Virus genome (UHGV): UHGV-0101699
Direction: 5' to 3' (one strand)
Source: a virus
DNA: 64,000 nucleotides
This document shows positions 17,725-26,666 of the stretch, one piece after another. The notes beneath the pieces are model-generated. The model worked only from the letters and a program-made list of their open reading frames with translations, ran no database searches and was not told where the DNA came from. Positions within the stretch are counted from its first letter, which is position 1; each line of letters begins with the position of its first letter. The translations under genes and the position numbers were made by a program.

Positions 17725-18849
17725 TCACGAATTAAACACTTTTATACCGAGAACCTTGCTCTGGAGCTCCAGCTGCTTAGAGTAGGGTTTTGCACGATAG
17801 TAGGCTTTGAGAATTTGTTCCTGGGTGGCCTCCCCGGGATCTAGCCCTTCTTCTCCAAGACAGGCTATTTTCACATTTAACCCTATACTGGCTAATCGTC
17901 TGGCGGCCGCCATTGTGTTTCGGATCGCTTGCTTCTCGCTATCCCACATCATGATGACGTTTCGCAGACCATCAGCCTTTAACGACAGAAACGCGCCCAG
18001 TTGGTCTTCTGCGTCTACAGTCGTGTTTCCGGACAGATGCATCCCGAACGTGCCAATGGGCTCTACGTAGTCCCGGAGCGTCTCTTCGTCGAATATGGCG
18101 CGCTTAACCCCCATGACATCGAAAGCCCCTTCACAGACGACGACGGTCTGTTTACCAACTGCGTTATGACCGTTATAGAGAAACCTCCCGGATGCCGGCA
18201 GCTGCATAGGGAAGAGATATCGGCGTTCTGCTGCGCCGGTGACGTCACGCCCCTGGAATGTCTTCATCACCCCATTCAGATCGTAAATCGGTATCAGGAT
18301 GCGCATATCGAATGCCTGCCCTTTTACCTGATCGGTATATGGGTCGACATAAGCATGTTTTCCCTCGACGCAGTAACGCAGGTCAAAATATTTGGCCAGC
18401 TCCGGGGTAATGTTCCGCTCAACAAGATAGTCCGGCAGCCGACCGTCAATTGGCAGTTCATAATGCCGCGGTAAAGCCACCGGGCCTTCAAGTTCCACAG
18501 CACTGGCCAGCACAACCTCTTCTTTTTTTGGCGCCCAACCTTGAGACAAGAGTGCGTTATGTACGTACTCCTCAAAGGCACGACGAGACTTACCGCTGTA
18601 GTGTTTGAGGAAAACCAGCTTGTTAAATTGAATTTCTTCTGGGTGATCGCCGGCGAAGCATTTCCCGACGTTGTTGGTCAGGTTGAAATAGACCTTCCAG
18701 TTTGTGCTTCCGCATACCGGACATTCTTTGATATTCACTTCGCGGCCGCGGGCGCTTACACCGCCGCGACGATAGATGATGCCTTCCATATCCAGCCATT
18801 GTTCGAAATCCAGCTCGGACAGTAACTCTTTGAGGTCACTCATTGTCAT
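17725..18849 (-). CDS. dnaG: DnaG-type DNA primase (zinc finger + TOPRIM)
   Basis: CPVCGSTNWKVYF...KCFAGDH zinc-binding motif; TOPRIM VVVCEGAFDVM; 22-codon upstream ORF (18846-18914) ends in ATGA overlap with primase start. Confidence 0.8.
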   Translation of the reverse strand: MTMSDLKELLSELDFEQWLDMEGIIYRRGGVSARGREVNIKECPVCGSTNWKVYFNLTNNVGKCFAGDHPEEIQFNKLVFLKHYSGKSRRAFEEYVHNALLSQGWAPKKEEVVLASAVELEGPVALPRHYELPIDGRLPDYLVERNITPELAKYFDLRYCVEGKHAYVDPYTDQVKGQAFDMRILIPIYDLNGVMKTFQGRDVTGAAERRYLFPMQLPASGRFLYNGHNAVGKQTVVVCEGAFDVMGVKRAIFDEETLRDYVEPIGTFGMHLSGNTTVDAEDQLGAFLSLKADGLRNVIMMWDSEKQAIRNTMAAARRLASIGLNVKIACLGEEGLDPGEATQEQILKAYYRAKPYSKQLELQSKVLGIKVFNS

Positions 18850-18995
18850 TCACCGCAGTTTTTAAAAGGCAATATCTTGATAAGCCTCGGTTTTTGAATA
18901 CCATAGAGGCTCATGTGTTTTTCCTTTTGTGATTAAACAAAAGGTAATTTGGAAGGGCGTGGGGCTGTTATCCGTCTTTGCCCAACGCCTATTTT

Positions 18996-20336
18996 TTAAA
19001 GAACTTCCATGATCCGCTCGATGAAGCGCATCTGTTCGAGGTTCTGCTTAACGCGAATACTCACCCCGCCCTTCTGGTTACGAGAACCAGCAAAATAGAG
19101 TCGTGCTTCACCTTTGGCTTCTTCCTCCTCAGTCTTGTTGATAGTGATGACTAAGTCGGCAATACGGACTTTTTCGATATTGTCCGCGGCGTGCATCATA
19201 GTGGCCACTTCGGATGAGCCACCTTCACGGTTGGTCTGGGATGCCGTGATTCCTGCAACGTTGTGCTTATCGTAGAGAGCACGCAGATCGGTGTAGATAG
19301 AACGGATGTTCGCCCGGTCGTCACGGAGGTCGTAACTGGCACGCATCAAGTCCGCATAGTCGACCACCACCATATCCGGGATCATGCCATTCGCTTTCAT
19401 GCTATTGAGCATACGATCCAAATCTGCAGGCGACATGCTTCCTGACGGGCGCTCAACCACCCAGAGATTCCCCACCCCTTTCGTCGCGCCAATCTCCGCG
19501 AGTTTCCGGTGAACGTCGTCACGCTGCTCTACCAGCTTTGACATCTCCGTTTCAGACAGCCGCGCATCGAAGCGATCGGAGAGAATCGAGGTATGCACTT
19601 CGAGAGAAAGATACAAAACGTTGTAGCCGGCCAGCGTTGCGTTAATGGAAAACTCCCCCATCGCTGTCGATTTACCTGATTTCGCAAAACCCATGAAGAG
19701 CACCATCTCACGTTTCGCCCACCCTTTTTGATAGAGCATACGATCCAGCAGCGGAAGACCGGTGGTGATGCTGTTCGGCACGTAATCATCAGAGGCTTCA
19801 TATTCACGGGCCTTGTAACGTTCCGCTGCAGAGGCGAAATAGTCATAAATGCCCGTCGCTTCGTTAGAACCGATCTGCTGCACTTTGGCCATGATGGCCA
19901 TCGCTCCCTGGAAGTCGCCCTTCTCCTTCATCTCGGCCGCTTTAATCAACGCATCGTCGAACGCTACACTTTTAGCGAACGTCGCGACCTGGTCGACCAT
20001 GTAAGCCGTATCAGAGAGTTTTTCCGAGAGCACTCGCTTAAACGCCGCCACAACGTCCGGGAACATCTCTTCTCTGATCGTCTTATCGCGTTTAGCACGC
20101 TTCAACATATCGAGGATGGCCGCCGATGAAGGCGCGCTCTTATACATTCTGAAATAGCCAGATACCATGTTCACCAGTATGGCGTTCGCCGCATTGGAGA
20201 ATTGGTTGGGGGCAACCAGATCGCCGGCACGAGTCAGAAACTCATGATCGCGGCAAAAATACGCCGCCAGACGATTCTGGAAGTCGTCGTCGAACTCTTC
20301 AGACAACCCTCGTCCCGTGTGGCAAAGTTCGGTCAT
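18996..20336 (-). CDS. dnaB: DnaB-like replicative helicase
   Basis: 446 aa; Walker A GFAKSGKST in RecA-like C-terminal domain. Confidence 0.8.
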   Translation of the reverse strand: MTELCHTGRGLSEEFDDDFQNRLAAYFCRDHEFLTRAGDLVAPNQFSNAANAILVNMVSGYFRMYKSAPSSAAILDMLKRAKRDKTIREEMFPDVVAAFKRVLSEKLSDTAYMVDQVATFAKSVAFDDALIKAAEMKEKGDFQGAMAIMAKVQQIGSNEATGIYDYFASAAERYKAREYEASDDYVPNSITTGLPLLDRMLYQKGWAKREMVLFMGFAKSGKSTAMGEFSINATLAGYNVLYLSLEVHTSILSDRFDARLSETEMSKLVEQRDDVHRKLAEIGATKGVGNLWVVERPSGSMSPADLDRMLNSMKANGMIPDMVVVDYADLMRASYDLRDDRANIRSIYTDLRALYDKHNVAGITASQTNREGGSSEVATMMHAADNIEKVRIADLVITINKTEEEEAKGEARLYFAGSRNQKGGVSIRVKQNLEQMRFIERIMEVL

Positions 20337-20359
20337 GTGTTTGTTATCCTTTGGTGCTT

Positions 20360-20372
20360 AAACAAGTTGTTT
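20360..20372. promoter_or_regulatory. AAACAAGTTGTTT palindrome upstream of dnaB-like gene
   Basis: read directly. Confidence 0.6.
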
Positions 20373-20400
20373 TCTAATCGTAAAAATATGGAGAAGGCAA

Positions 20401-21126
20401 TCAACACAGTCGCCGTGCTTCTTCCAGTTCTTCCGGGTAATGGGCATAGATAACGCGCTCAGGCACCAGCTCCATCAACCAGACAGCAGAGAAGATGGTG
20501 CGGATACGCTTATCACGGGTGATGTGCTTCAAACGCTCCAGAACCCATTCAAAGTAACGTTCCTGAATTGGGTCATGCTGCATGTCTCCTAAGTGCTTAA
20601 AACTCACTACAGAGTCATCCAGACGCGTTCCCGCACGATTGGCGAGTTTGCTTTCGAAGATCTCAATCAGTTCTGGCTGCCAAAGATGCTGAGGGCGAGG
20701 TAATTTGTCCCAGAGCCGGCGCGCAGCTGCAGAGAGAACAGTTGATATAAAATAGTCATAAGAGCAGCAATACCGATCTGCAAACTGGCGAGCTTTCCAG
20801 AGAGATGTTTTGTTCACCGCCGAAAGCTCTTGGTAAGGCAGGCGTTTCAGACCAGTGCTGAATGGCGCCGTCTCGAAATGCTCGCGGCCATGAGACAGCA
20901 TGATCTGTGAGTATGCGCGCTTATAGGCTTCGGTGAACAGACAGGTTGCCATCAGCGGGTGCATGTCGCGATAGTCAAACCACTTTGTATCAAAGAGCTC
21001 AGCCTCTCCCTGGCATCGTGAAAGACCGATGTTTTCCGCAACCCACTTGTCCATAGCGACCGTGTCCCACTCTGTCATGAAGTCGTACTGGCCGTTGTTT
21101 ATGGTATCAAAAAAGATCTGGCTCAT
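20401..21126 (-). CDS. hypothetical protein (241 aa)
   Basis: ORF. Confidence 0.5.
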   Translation of the reverse strand: MSQIFFDTINNGQYDFMTEWDTVAMDKWVAENIGLSRCQGEAELFDTKWFDYRDMHPLMATCLFTEAYKRAYSQIMLSHGREHFETAPFSTGLKRLPYQELSAVNKTSLWKARQFADRYCCSYDYFISTVLSAAARRLWDKLPRPQHLWQPELIEIFESKLANRAGTRLDDSVVSFKHLGDMQHDPIQERYFEWVLERLKHITRDKRIRTIFSAVWLMELVPERVIYAHYPEELEEARRLC

Positions 21127-21404
21127 GCCCCCACCGATAGGTAACTACTTACTTAACATTTGGCTGATCATATCGACTAGTTACTGTTTTTGGAAGTGGA
21201 AACGGAAGGGAATGTGTCTGGGAATTTGGTATAAAAAGCCTGTCTCCATATAAATAATATGTAGCTTAGTATTTATATACAAAAGCAGGCTACAAAACAG
21301 ATGCCCAGAATCACATAATTTGATTTAATTCCCAGATGCTATGTTACTGACAGAACTGACTGATTAACCAAGGCTGACCATGTTAAAATCAGCGCTTTAT
21401 CCTC

Positions 21405-22478
21405 GTGAGTATTATCAATATGCGCATGAACAAACTTCCCGGATATGGTCTTCCCGAGCTGGCTTTCTGGCCTCAGCCTAAATACGAACGAAATAATTGG
21501 TCTATGTTCTGTCTGAAACTTCGTGATGATGGAACTCTGGCTTGGTATAGGCGATATGTTGATCGAGGTATGCCAAACCTCGCCTTTGATGACGTCTACG
21601 ATAGCTATCTTGATGCAAGAAAAGCGGCGGAAGAACTAAATAAAAACATAGCTTTCAATATAGATGATCTATCTTTAACTCAGCAGCAAAGAGAATCACT
21701 ACGCTTAAAAATTGATAAGGCGCTCATCTCAAAATCGCGACTGATGGATGAGGAGCATATGATGCTAAATGAGGCCATTAGAAGACACACGAACGATCGA
21801 CGTTTGTCATCAGATGAGCTAATTATCAAACCTGAAGGGTTAATCGTACGTCCCTATCTGCTAGACATACTACACGAGATGCCTTACTTGCATTGGATTT
21901 TCCTACCCACCTTCCAGACATGTTTCAGACTAACAGAACCTAACACCTGGGAGCAAGTGCATAGCCCCAGAGCAAAATCATCCAAAATTTGCTACCAGGA
22001 ACGTATCGCCAGAGGGTTTGGTTTATCAGGCACTGCACATTGGGGCAAAACAAAAGCGACTATTCGCTCAATGCTTCTGCCACGTGCCAACCAGCTACTA
22101 CAACTCGCCAGCGTAAAAAGAATGCTGGATGAGGCTCTCCGGAATGGACGAAAAGTAATCGTCGTTGGCAGCTTTGTTTTCTGGTTCGAAGACATAAATC
22201 AGATAGGTTGGAGTGTTAAAGAAGCAAATGACAGCGAAATTACCTCAAGAGGCAATACGCTCTGGAAAGAAGGTACTATCATTTCAAAAAATCACGGTCG
22301 AATAGTCGTTCTACCGTATACAAAGGAAAACGGTGAGCATGTAAAAGGCTACACCAAGAACGCCCCCAACGACGGCAAAGCGATTCCGAGGCATAAGGAT
22401 GAGTATGTTGAGCTGCCATTTGAAATTCTGGATGGTGACTTGATGTTCAGCCTGTTCGGTGAACTTAACTACGAATAA
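21405..22478 (+). CDS. hypothetical 357-aa protein on opposite strand with own promoter region and terminator (moron)
   Basis: ORF; divergent AT-rich region 21127-21404; terminator 22497-22531. Confidence 0.65.
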   Translation: MSIINMRMNKLPGYGLPELAFWPQPKYERNNWSMFCLKLRDDGTLAWYRRYVDRGMPNLAFDDVYDSYLDARKAAEELNKNIAFNIDDLSLTQQQRESLRLKIDKALISKSRLMDEEHMMLNEAIRRHTNDRRLSSDELIIKPEGLIVRPYLLDILHEMPYLHWIFLPTFQTCFRLTEPNTWEQVHSPRAKSSKICYQERIARGFGLSGTAHWGKTKATIRSMLLPRANQLLQLASVKRMLDEALRNGRKVIVVGSFVFWFEDINQIGWSVKEANDSEITSRGNTLWKEGTIISKNHGRIVVLPYTKENGEHVKGYTKNAPNDGKAIPRHKDEYVELPFEILDGDLMFSLFGELNYE

Positions 22479-22496
22479 CTGTCATAGAACGTTGTA

Positions 22497-22531
22497 TTTC
22501 TAAGGCTGGCCTGCATAGACAGCCTTAGAAA
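22497..22531. terminator. bidirectional hairpin TTTCTAAGGCTG-n11-CAGCCTTAGAAA followed by ATTTATAT
   Basis: 12-bp stem read directly. Confidence 0.7.
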
Positions 22532-22537
22532 TTTATA

Positions 22538-22900
22538 TCAGCCTTTCTTCATCAACTCGCGCTTTATTTCGTCAGTACGCATCGTCACATCAGCAGCGGT
22601 GATCGCCTCGTTCATCTTTACGATGTCCTCTATTTCCTGCGGGGACTTCTCTGCCAGATGGAAAATGGCTGCACGTATCACATCAGAACGGGTGAACTTC
22701 TCGAAGCGAGGGATGAACTTCATCATCTCCAGTAATTCGAAATACTCGTCTTCAAGAGACATCGTGCGGCTTTTGATTTTCTCTTTGCCACGTGTTGGAC
22801 GGCCTTGTGGACGGACAGGCTGGCGCATCGGGGTGCTGCTTTTAGGTGCAGCAGCTTCCGCAGCCGGACGTTTTGCCAGATCACCCATTTTCATGGACAT
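22538..22900 (-). CDS. small partition-associated DNA-binding protein, ParG-like (disordered basic/Pro-rich tail + C-terminal RHH-like region), candidate
   Basis: 120 aa; immediately downstream of ParA with ATGA-type overlap; C-terminus SLEDEYFELLEMMKFIPRFEKFTRSDVIRAAIFHL. Confidence 0.5.
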   Translation of the reverse strand: MSMKMGDLAKRPAAEAAAPKSSTPMRQPVRPQGRPTRGKEKIKSRTMSLEDEYFELLEMMKFIPRFEKFTRSDVIRAAIFHLAEKSPQEIEDIVKMNEAITAADVTMRTDEIKRELMKKG

Positions 22901-23565
22901 TATTCACCCTCCAAGGTCATTACGTATTCTACTAATGCTTCAATCTCGGCCTCAGCCTTTTTGTCGCGCTCGGCTCCAGTCATCTCAAATATGGAACGAC
23001 CCGCCTCTTCGGCATCGTCATAGACGTTGCGGTTGTAAAGATTCACCGGTACCGCCTCAATGCCAAAGGTTTCGACAATTTCTTTTGCAGCGATAATGCG
23101 CGCAGCCTGGGAAGGCAGAGACGGGCACTGGTTCATTACAGCACGGATTTTGATTTGGTCATTCACGCTGCTAACGCTGTCGACGATGGGGTCGATGTCA
23201 CGTAAGGATTTCAGATCGCGGCGTTTCGGGCGAAGCGGGATAAGGATCACGTTGGCCATCAGCATAGCCTGGCGCTGAATTTCGGAGTCGAAACCACCAG
23301 CGTCAACGACGACGTAATCGAAACGGCCGCGAAGCGAAGTGATGTGTTTGATGATGTCATCCTGGACATAGGCGAACGGGATCAGCTCCAGTTCTTCATT
23401 GTGCCGGCGGTCTTCACACCACCCTGTCGTGGTGCGCTGGATGTCGATATCAGTGATCTGGACTTTCTTTTTCTTTTTGATTTTCAGACAGGCTGCAATT
23501 TGCTGAGCAACAGTCGATTTGCCTGGGCCACCCTTGGTGCCGCCCACCACAATGATCTGAGTCAT
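22900..23565 (-). CDS. parA: ParA/ParF-type partition ATPase (type Ib)
   Basis: 221 aa; deviant Walker A GGTKGGPGKST; VVDAGG Walker B; contains KKKKK run encoded by homopolymeric tract 23463-23481. Confidence 0.8.
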   Translation of the reverse strand: MTQIIVVGGTKGGPGKSTVAQQIAACLKIKKKKKVQITDIDIQRTTTGWCEDRRHNEELELIPFAYVQDDIIKHITSLRGRFDYVVVDAGGFDSEIQRQAMLMANVILIPLRPKRRDLKSLRDIDPIVDSVSSVNDQIKIRAVMNQCPSLPSQAARIIAAKEIVETFGIEAVPVNLYNRNVYDDAEEAGRSIFEMTGAERDKKAEAEIEALVEYVMTLEGE

Positions 23566-23600
23566 TCGTGATATCCCTACGTGTGATTTATCGTCGTATG

Positions 23601-23613
23601 AAACAACTTGTTT
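23601..23613. promoter_or_regulatory. AAACAACTTGTTT palindrome upstream of parA
   Basis: read directly. Confidence 0.6.
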
Positions 23614-23749
23614 TCTTATATGCGATATAGCCTAAATGCCTACGGCTTCGGTGTAAAGGTGAAATGGTAGGTTATGTAGATACAGATAAATAAAAAATGG
23701 AGAGATTGAAAAGCTGTGGCGAGGAGGCGGCACAAAGCCGCCTGTCGAT

Positions 23750-24499
23750 TTACTGTTCGAACCAGCCGACTGGTGTTCTTGAAGAGCGCGAGATGATTAG
23801 AACAATGAACTTTTGTACATTGATCTGCACTTTATTGGGCAACCATGAGCTCAGTTCGGGGTCGAGCAGTAGGCCACGGTTCCATGGTAAAAAACCAGTG
23901 TTCTTACCCATACCATATTCACCCAGCACGTCCTCGAACTTTTCTGTTTTGGCGTTGTAAATACGGACATCGCCGGTACGCATCAGAGGGCCAGCCCAGA
24001 TCTTGGCGCCGGGAATGGTTTGGTTGTCATCGCAAACCAAATGCTCGTACCAATGAAGAAGGAAAAGATAGGTACTGTGGCACAGTCCTCGCTGACGAAG
24101 CGCTCTGACAGTTTCAACTCCAGCTACCTGATAACTTTCAACTTCAGTGTCATTTTCAACAAAGCTATATTCACGCAGAGCTATTCTGCCTGCGATCGAA
24201 TTTTTGCTATCGTCCAAAAGCCCTGAGCGGAGCAACTCTTTGATGATTTCTTCTTCAGTAGCACCTTCATCGGCTCGATCTAGGATAAACTCGCTCAGCT
24301 GACTCTGGTCATACGCACCTACTCGCTCCATAGAGACATAAAGGCAAATGTCGTCTTCTGGGTCGATGATTTGGATTTCGGAGATTTTATAGAGAGAGGC
24401 TTCGTTGATAAGAAAGCCGAAACGAGCAACGCGAGTCTCCCCAGGGTGAGGAAACTCGCTTAGGTCTTTTGAGTATGCGCTATCTAGTGTAGGAGCCAT
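23750..24499 (-). CDS. hypothetical protein (249 aa)
   Basis: ORF. Confidence 0.5.
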   Translation of the reverse strand: MAPTLDSAYSKDLSEFPHPGETRVARFGFLINEASLYKISEIQIIDPEDDICLYVSMERVGAYDQSQLSEFILDRADEGATEEEIIKELLRSGLLDDSKNSIAGRIALREYSFVENDTEVESYQVAGVETVRALRQRGLCHSTYLFLLHWYEHLVCDDNQTIPGAKIWAGPLMRTGDVRIYNAKTEKFEDVLGEYGMGKNTGFLPWNRGLLLDPELSSWLPNKVQINVQKFIVLIISRSSRTPVGWFEQ

Positions 24500-24876
24500 T
24501 TGGTAGCAGATCTATCAGCCTTTACATGACTGTCAATGCTACCATGTCCTAATACAAAGCGGCGAATAGAATGTTCGATGACCTCAGAAAATTCTTTTAA
24601 ATCGCGCAACAGTTCCGGGTACTGCTTATCAGGTTTTACGACAAAACGAACACGGCCGTTCAGGAAGATAGCTTCCGCTAACGGTTTTACGCTGGCACGC
24701 GCCATCTCAACGTCGTCCTTAAAGGTAACGATGAAGCGTGTGTCTTTGAGCTCAACCGCGTCATTGTTGAGTTTACGGACTTCAATCTTGTGCTTAGCAA
24801 GCACGTGAGTCTCAATAACACTCGTACAATCACGGATTGTCTGTATAGAACGAGAAGCGTTCAGTGCGTTGTGCAT
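24484..24876 (-). CDS. hypothetical protein (130 aa)
   Basis: ORF overlapping previous gene start. Confidence 0.45.
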   Translation of the reverse strand: MHNALNASRSIQTIRDCTSVIETHVLAKHKIEVRKLNNDAVELKDTRFIVTFKDDVEMARASVKPLAEAIFLNGRVRFVVKPDKQYPELLRDLKEFSEVIEHSIRRFVLGHGSIDSHVKADRSATKWLLH

Positions 24877-25150
24877 GTTTCCACCTTAGCCGTTAACAAC
24901 CTAATGTCAGTGCGGCGACCCCCTGTGGGGTTTAGAGGCTACGAGTATGCGTAGCTTGAATGTGACTACACGTTATGACTGTAGTCATATCAAATCTACA
25001 TCATTAAGCAGGATCATTCAACATGAGGTTGAATGAAGCACAGTTAGATGCCGTGAATATCAAGCTCTGACGACAGATGTGAAGAAAAGAGGATACGCCA
25101 TAGTTTAGGTAGTGTAACGCAGCGTATCCTCTGAGGCGGGGCATAAAATG

Positions 25151-25372
25151 CTACCGCCCCCAATCACAAATTCTTTCACCCAGCGTGTTGTGGATCAGGA
25201 TTTCCCTCTCAGTTTCTTCTGTCAGGGCGTCGTCCTTGCTGATGTAGATAGGGTTTGCCCCATCGCAGAATTGTACGCCCACGGTCTGGGGTTTAATCAC
25301 GCATCCACTTATCGCGAAGCTCGCGATGAACGGCAGAAGCATCCTTAGTCCTGACTTCATTAATCGTCTCAT
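25151..25372 (-). CDS. o-spanin (Rz1-like outer-membrane lipoprotein)
   Basis: lipobox LLPFIASFAISGC; embedded in a different frame within 3' end of i-spanin gene. Confidence 0.65.
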   Translation of the reverse strand: MRRLMKSGLRMLLPFIASFAISGCVIKPQTVGVQFCDGANPIYISKDDALTEETEREILIHNTLGERICDWGR

Positions 25373-25544
25373 TTTTCACATCCACTGTGCCTTGAAGCCG
25401 TTTGTTGTTTTCTCTCTGCGCCTTTTCTTCTATGGCCCGCCGGGCAGCGCGTCCACCCCAGGTGTACGCCCCAACGAGCACAAAGAAGACGGCAGCCAAA
25501 GTCATGATGGTCGATTTGACCTTTGAAAGCAGGCTGCCGTTCAT
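25293..25544 (-). CDS. i-spanin (Rz-like)
   Basis: N-terminal TM TIMTLAAVFFVLVGAY then charged coiled-coil; overlapped arrangement with Rz1. Confidence 0.65.
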   Translation of the reverse strand: MNGSLLSKVKSTIMTLAAVFFVLVGAYTWGGRAARRAIEEKAQRENNKRLQGTVDVKNETINEVRTKDASAVHRELRDKWMRD

Positions 25545-25546
25545 GG

Positions 25547-26239
25547 TTACACCACTCCTGCCTGATGCTTACGAACTTGCGACCAGGCAATAAAGCCGGC
25601 GACAACAATGGTCGCAATACCGAAGATAATGCGAACGGTATCCCCGCTGGTGATATGTCCCTGGGCCTTATCCATCGCAACGGAGATCTGCGGCATTACG
25701 TCCGCCAGCTGCGCAATACCGATACCTGCAGTCACCGTTGCGCCGGCTGTTTCTTTCGTGACGGGTACGGCTTTCACTGAAGTTACCGGTTTAACGACGC
25801 CGGCGCGACGCATACCTTCGTCAATAACTTCGGCCGAATACCAGCTATTGAGTGTTTTCAACGGGCCACGACCGTTCTCATGACGAATAATCGCCTCCAC
25901 CAGCGGCCGCATAGTATTGTAATCATGCAGATCGATGATCATGTCCGGCGTCACGCCTACGGCTTTAGATACCTCATTGATATAGGCGGCCGTGTTGTTT
26001 TCATGTGGCGGCGCCCAACGCTCGATGACTTCGCGGATCGTATCGATGCTGGAACCGTCTTTTGCGCGGCGCTTATCATGGTAGGTGATGAGCGTTACTG
26101 TCAGTGCTCGAATCCCCCATACGGGGTCTTTAAAAGTGCAGAACCGCGGTTCCGCCGGGTTGTTTACTAACCCTTGCCACGGCGACCCCTTATCCAGGTT
26201 ACCAGGGTTATTGTTACGAATGCCTCTTGGAGTACTCAT
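25547..26239 (-). CDS. putative endolysin (muramidase-like; N-terminal RGIRNNNPGNL motif) with C-terminal hydrophobic segment
   Basis: ORF 25547..26266, probable start MSTPRGIRNNN at 26239 with AGGAG SD; C-terminal IIFGIATIVVAGFIAWSQV. Confidence 0.55.
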   Translation of the reverse strand: MSTPRGIRNNNPGNLDKGSPWQGLVNNPAEPRFCTFKDPVWGIRALTVTLITYHDKRRAKDGSSIDTIREVIERWAPPHENNTAAYINEVSKAVGVTPDMIIDLHDYNTMRPLVEAIIRHENGRGPLKTLNSWYSAEVIDEGMRRAGVVKPVTSVKAVPVTKETAGATVTAGIGIAQLADVMPQISVAMDKAQGHITSGDTVRIIFGIATIVVAGFIAWSQVRKHQAGVV

Positions 26240-26252
26240 CCTTGTTCTCCTG

Positions 26253-26588
26253 TTATTGCAGTCCATTTTTCACGCCATAAGCGGCCAAACCCAAAAGCAG
26301 CACGGTGATCAGGAACGAGGTAATCTTGGAAATAATGCCTCCAAAGAACCCGCTTGAAATCGTGTCGAGCCGATTAAGAAGTTTGTCCAGGTTGGAATGC
26401 TGAATGCTATGTTGCGCCGGAGTCATATCACCAAAGTAGGTTCGCAGCTGATCGTTGACTTCCTGGCCAATATCATCGCGAAGCTCCTTACTTAATTTTC
26501 CTACGACTTCGCGCGCAACAATTGCGGCAATGCGCTCCACCTGCTCTGGCGTCACGCCTGCCATCTCGTTTGACATGTCTTCCTCCAT
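26253..26588 (-). CDS. putative holin (111 aa, C-terminal TM)
   Basis: position upstream of endolysin; TM ITSFLITVLLLGLAAYGV. Confidence 0.5.
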   Translation of the reverse strand: MEEDMSNEMAGVTPEQVERIAAIVAREVVGKLSKELRDDIGQEVNDQLRTYFGDMTPAQHSIQHSNLDKLLNRLDTISSGFFGGIISKITSFLITVLLLGLAAYGVKNGLQ

Positions 26589-26637
26589 GAATAAGTCAAA
26601 TCGGATGGCAGATTTATATCATAAATTAGAAACTTAT

Positions 26638-26659
26638 TGTAGGTAAGTACTTACATACA
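26638..26659. promoter_or_regulatory. TAAGTA-family palindrome TGTAGGTAAGTACTTACATACA (1 mismatch)
   Basis: intergenic between tail fibre stop and holin start. Confidence 0.5.
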
Positions 26660-26666
26660 AAATGGA

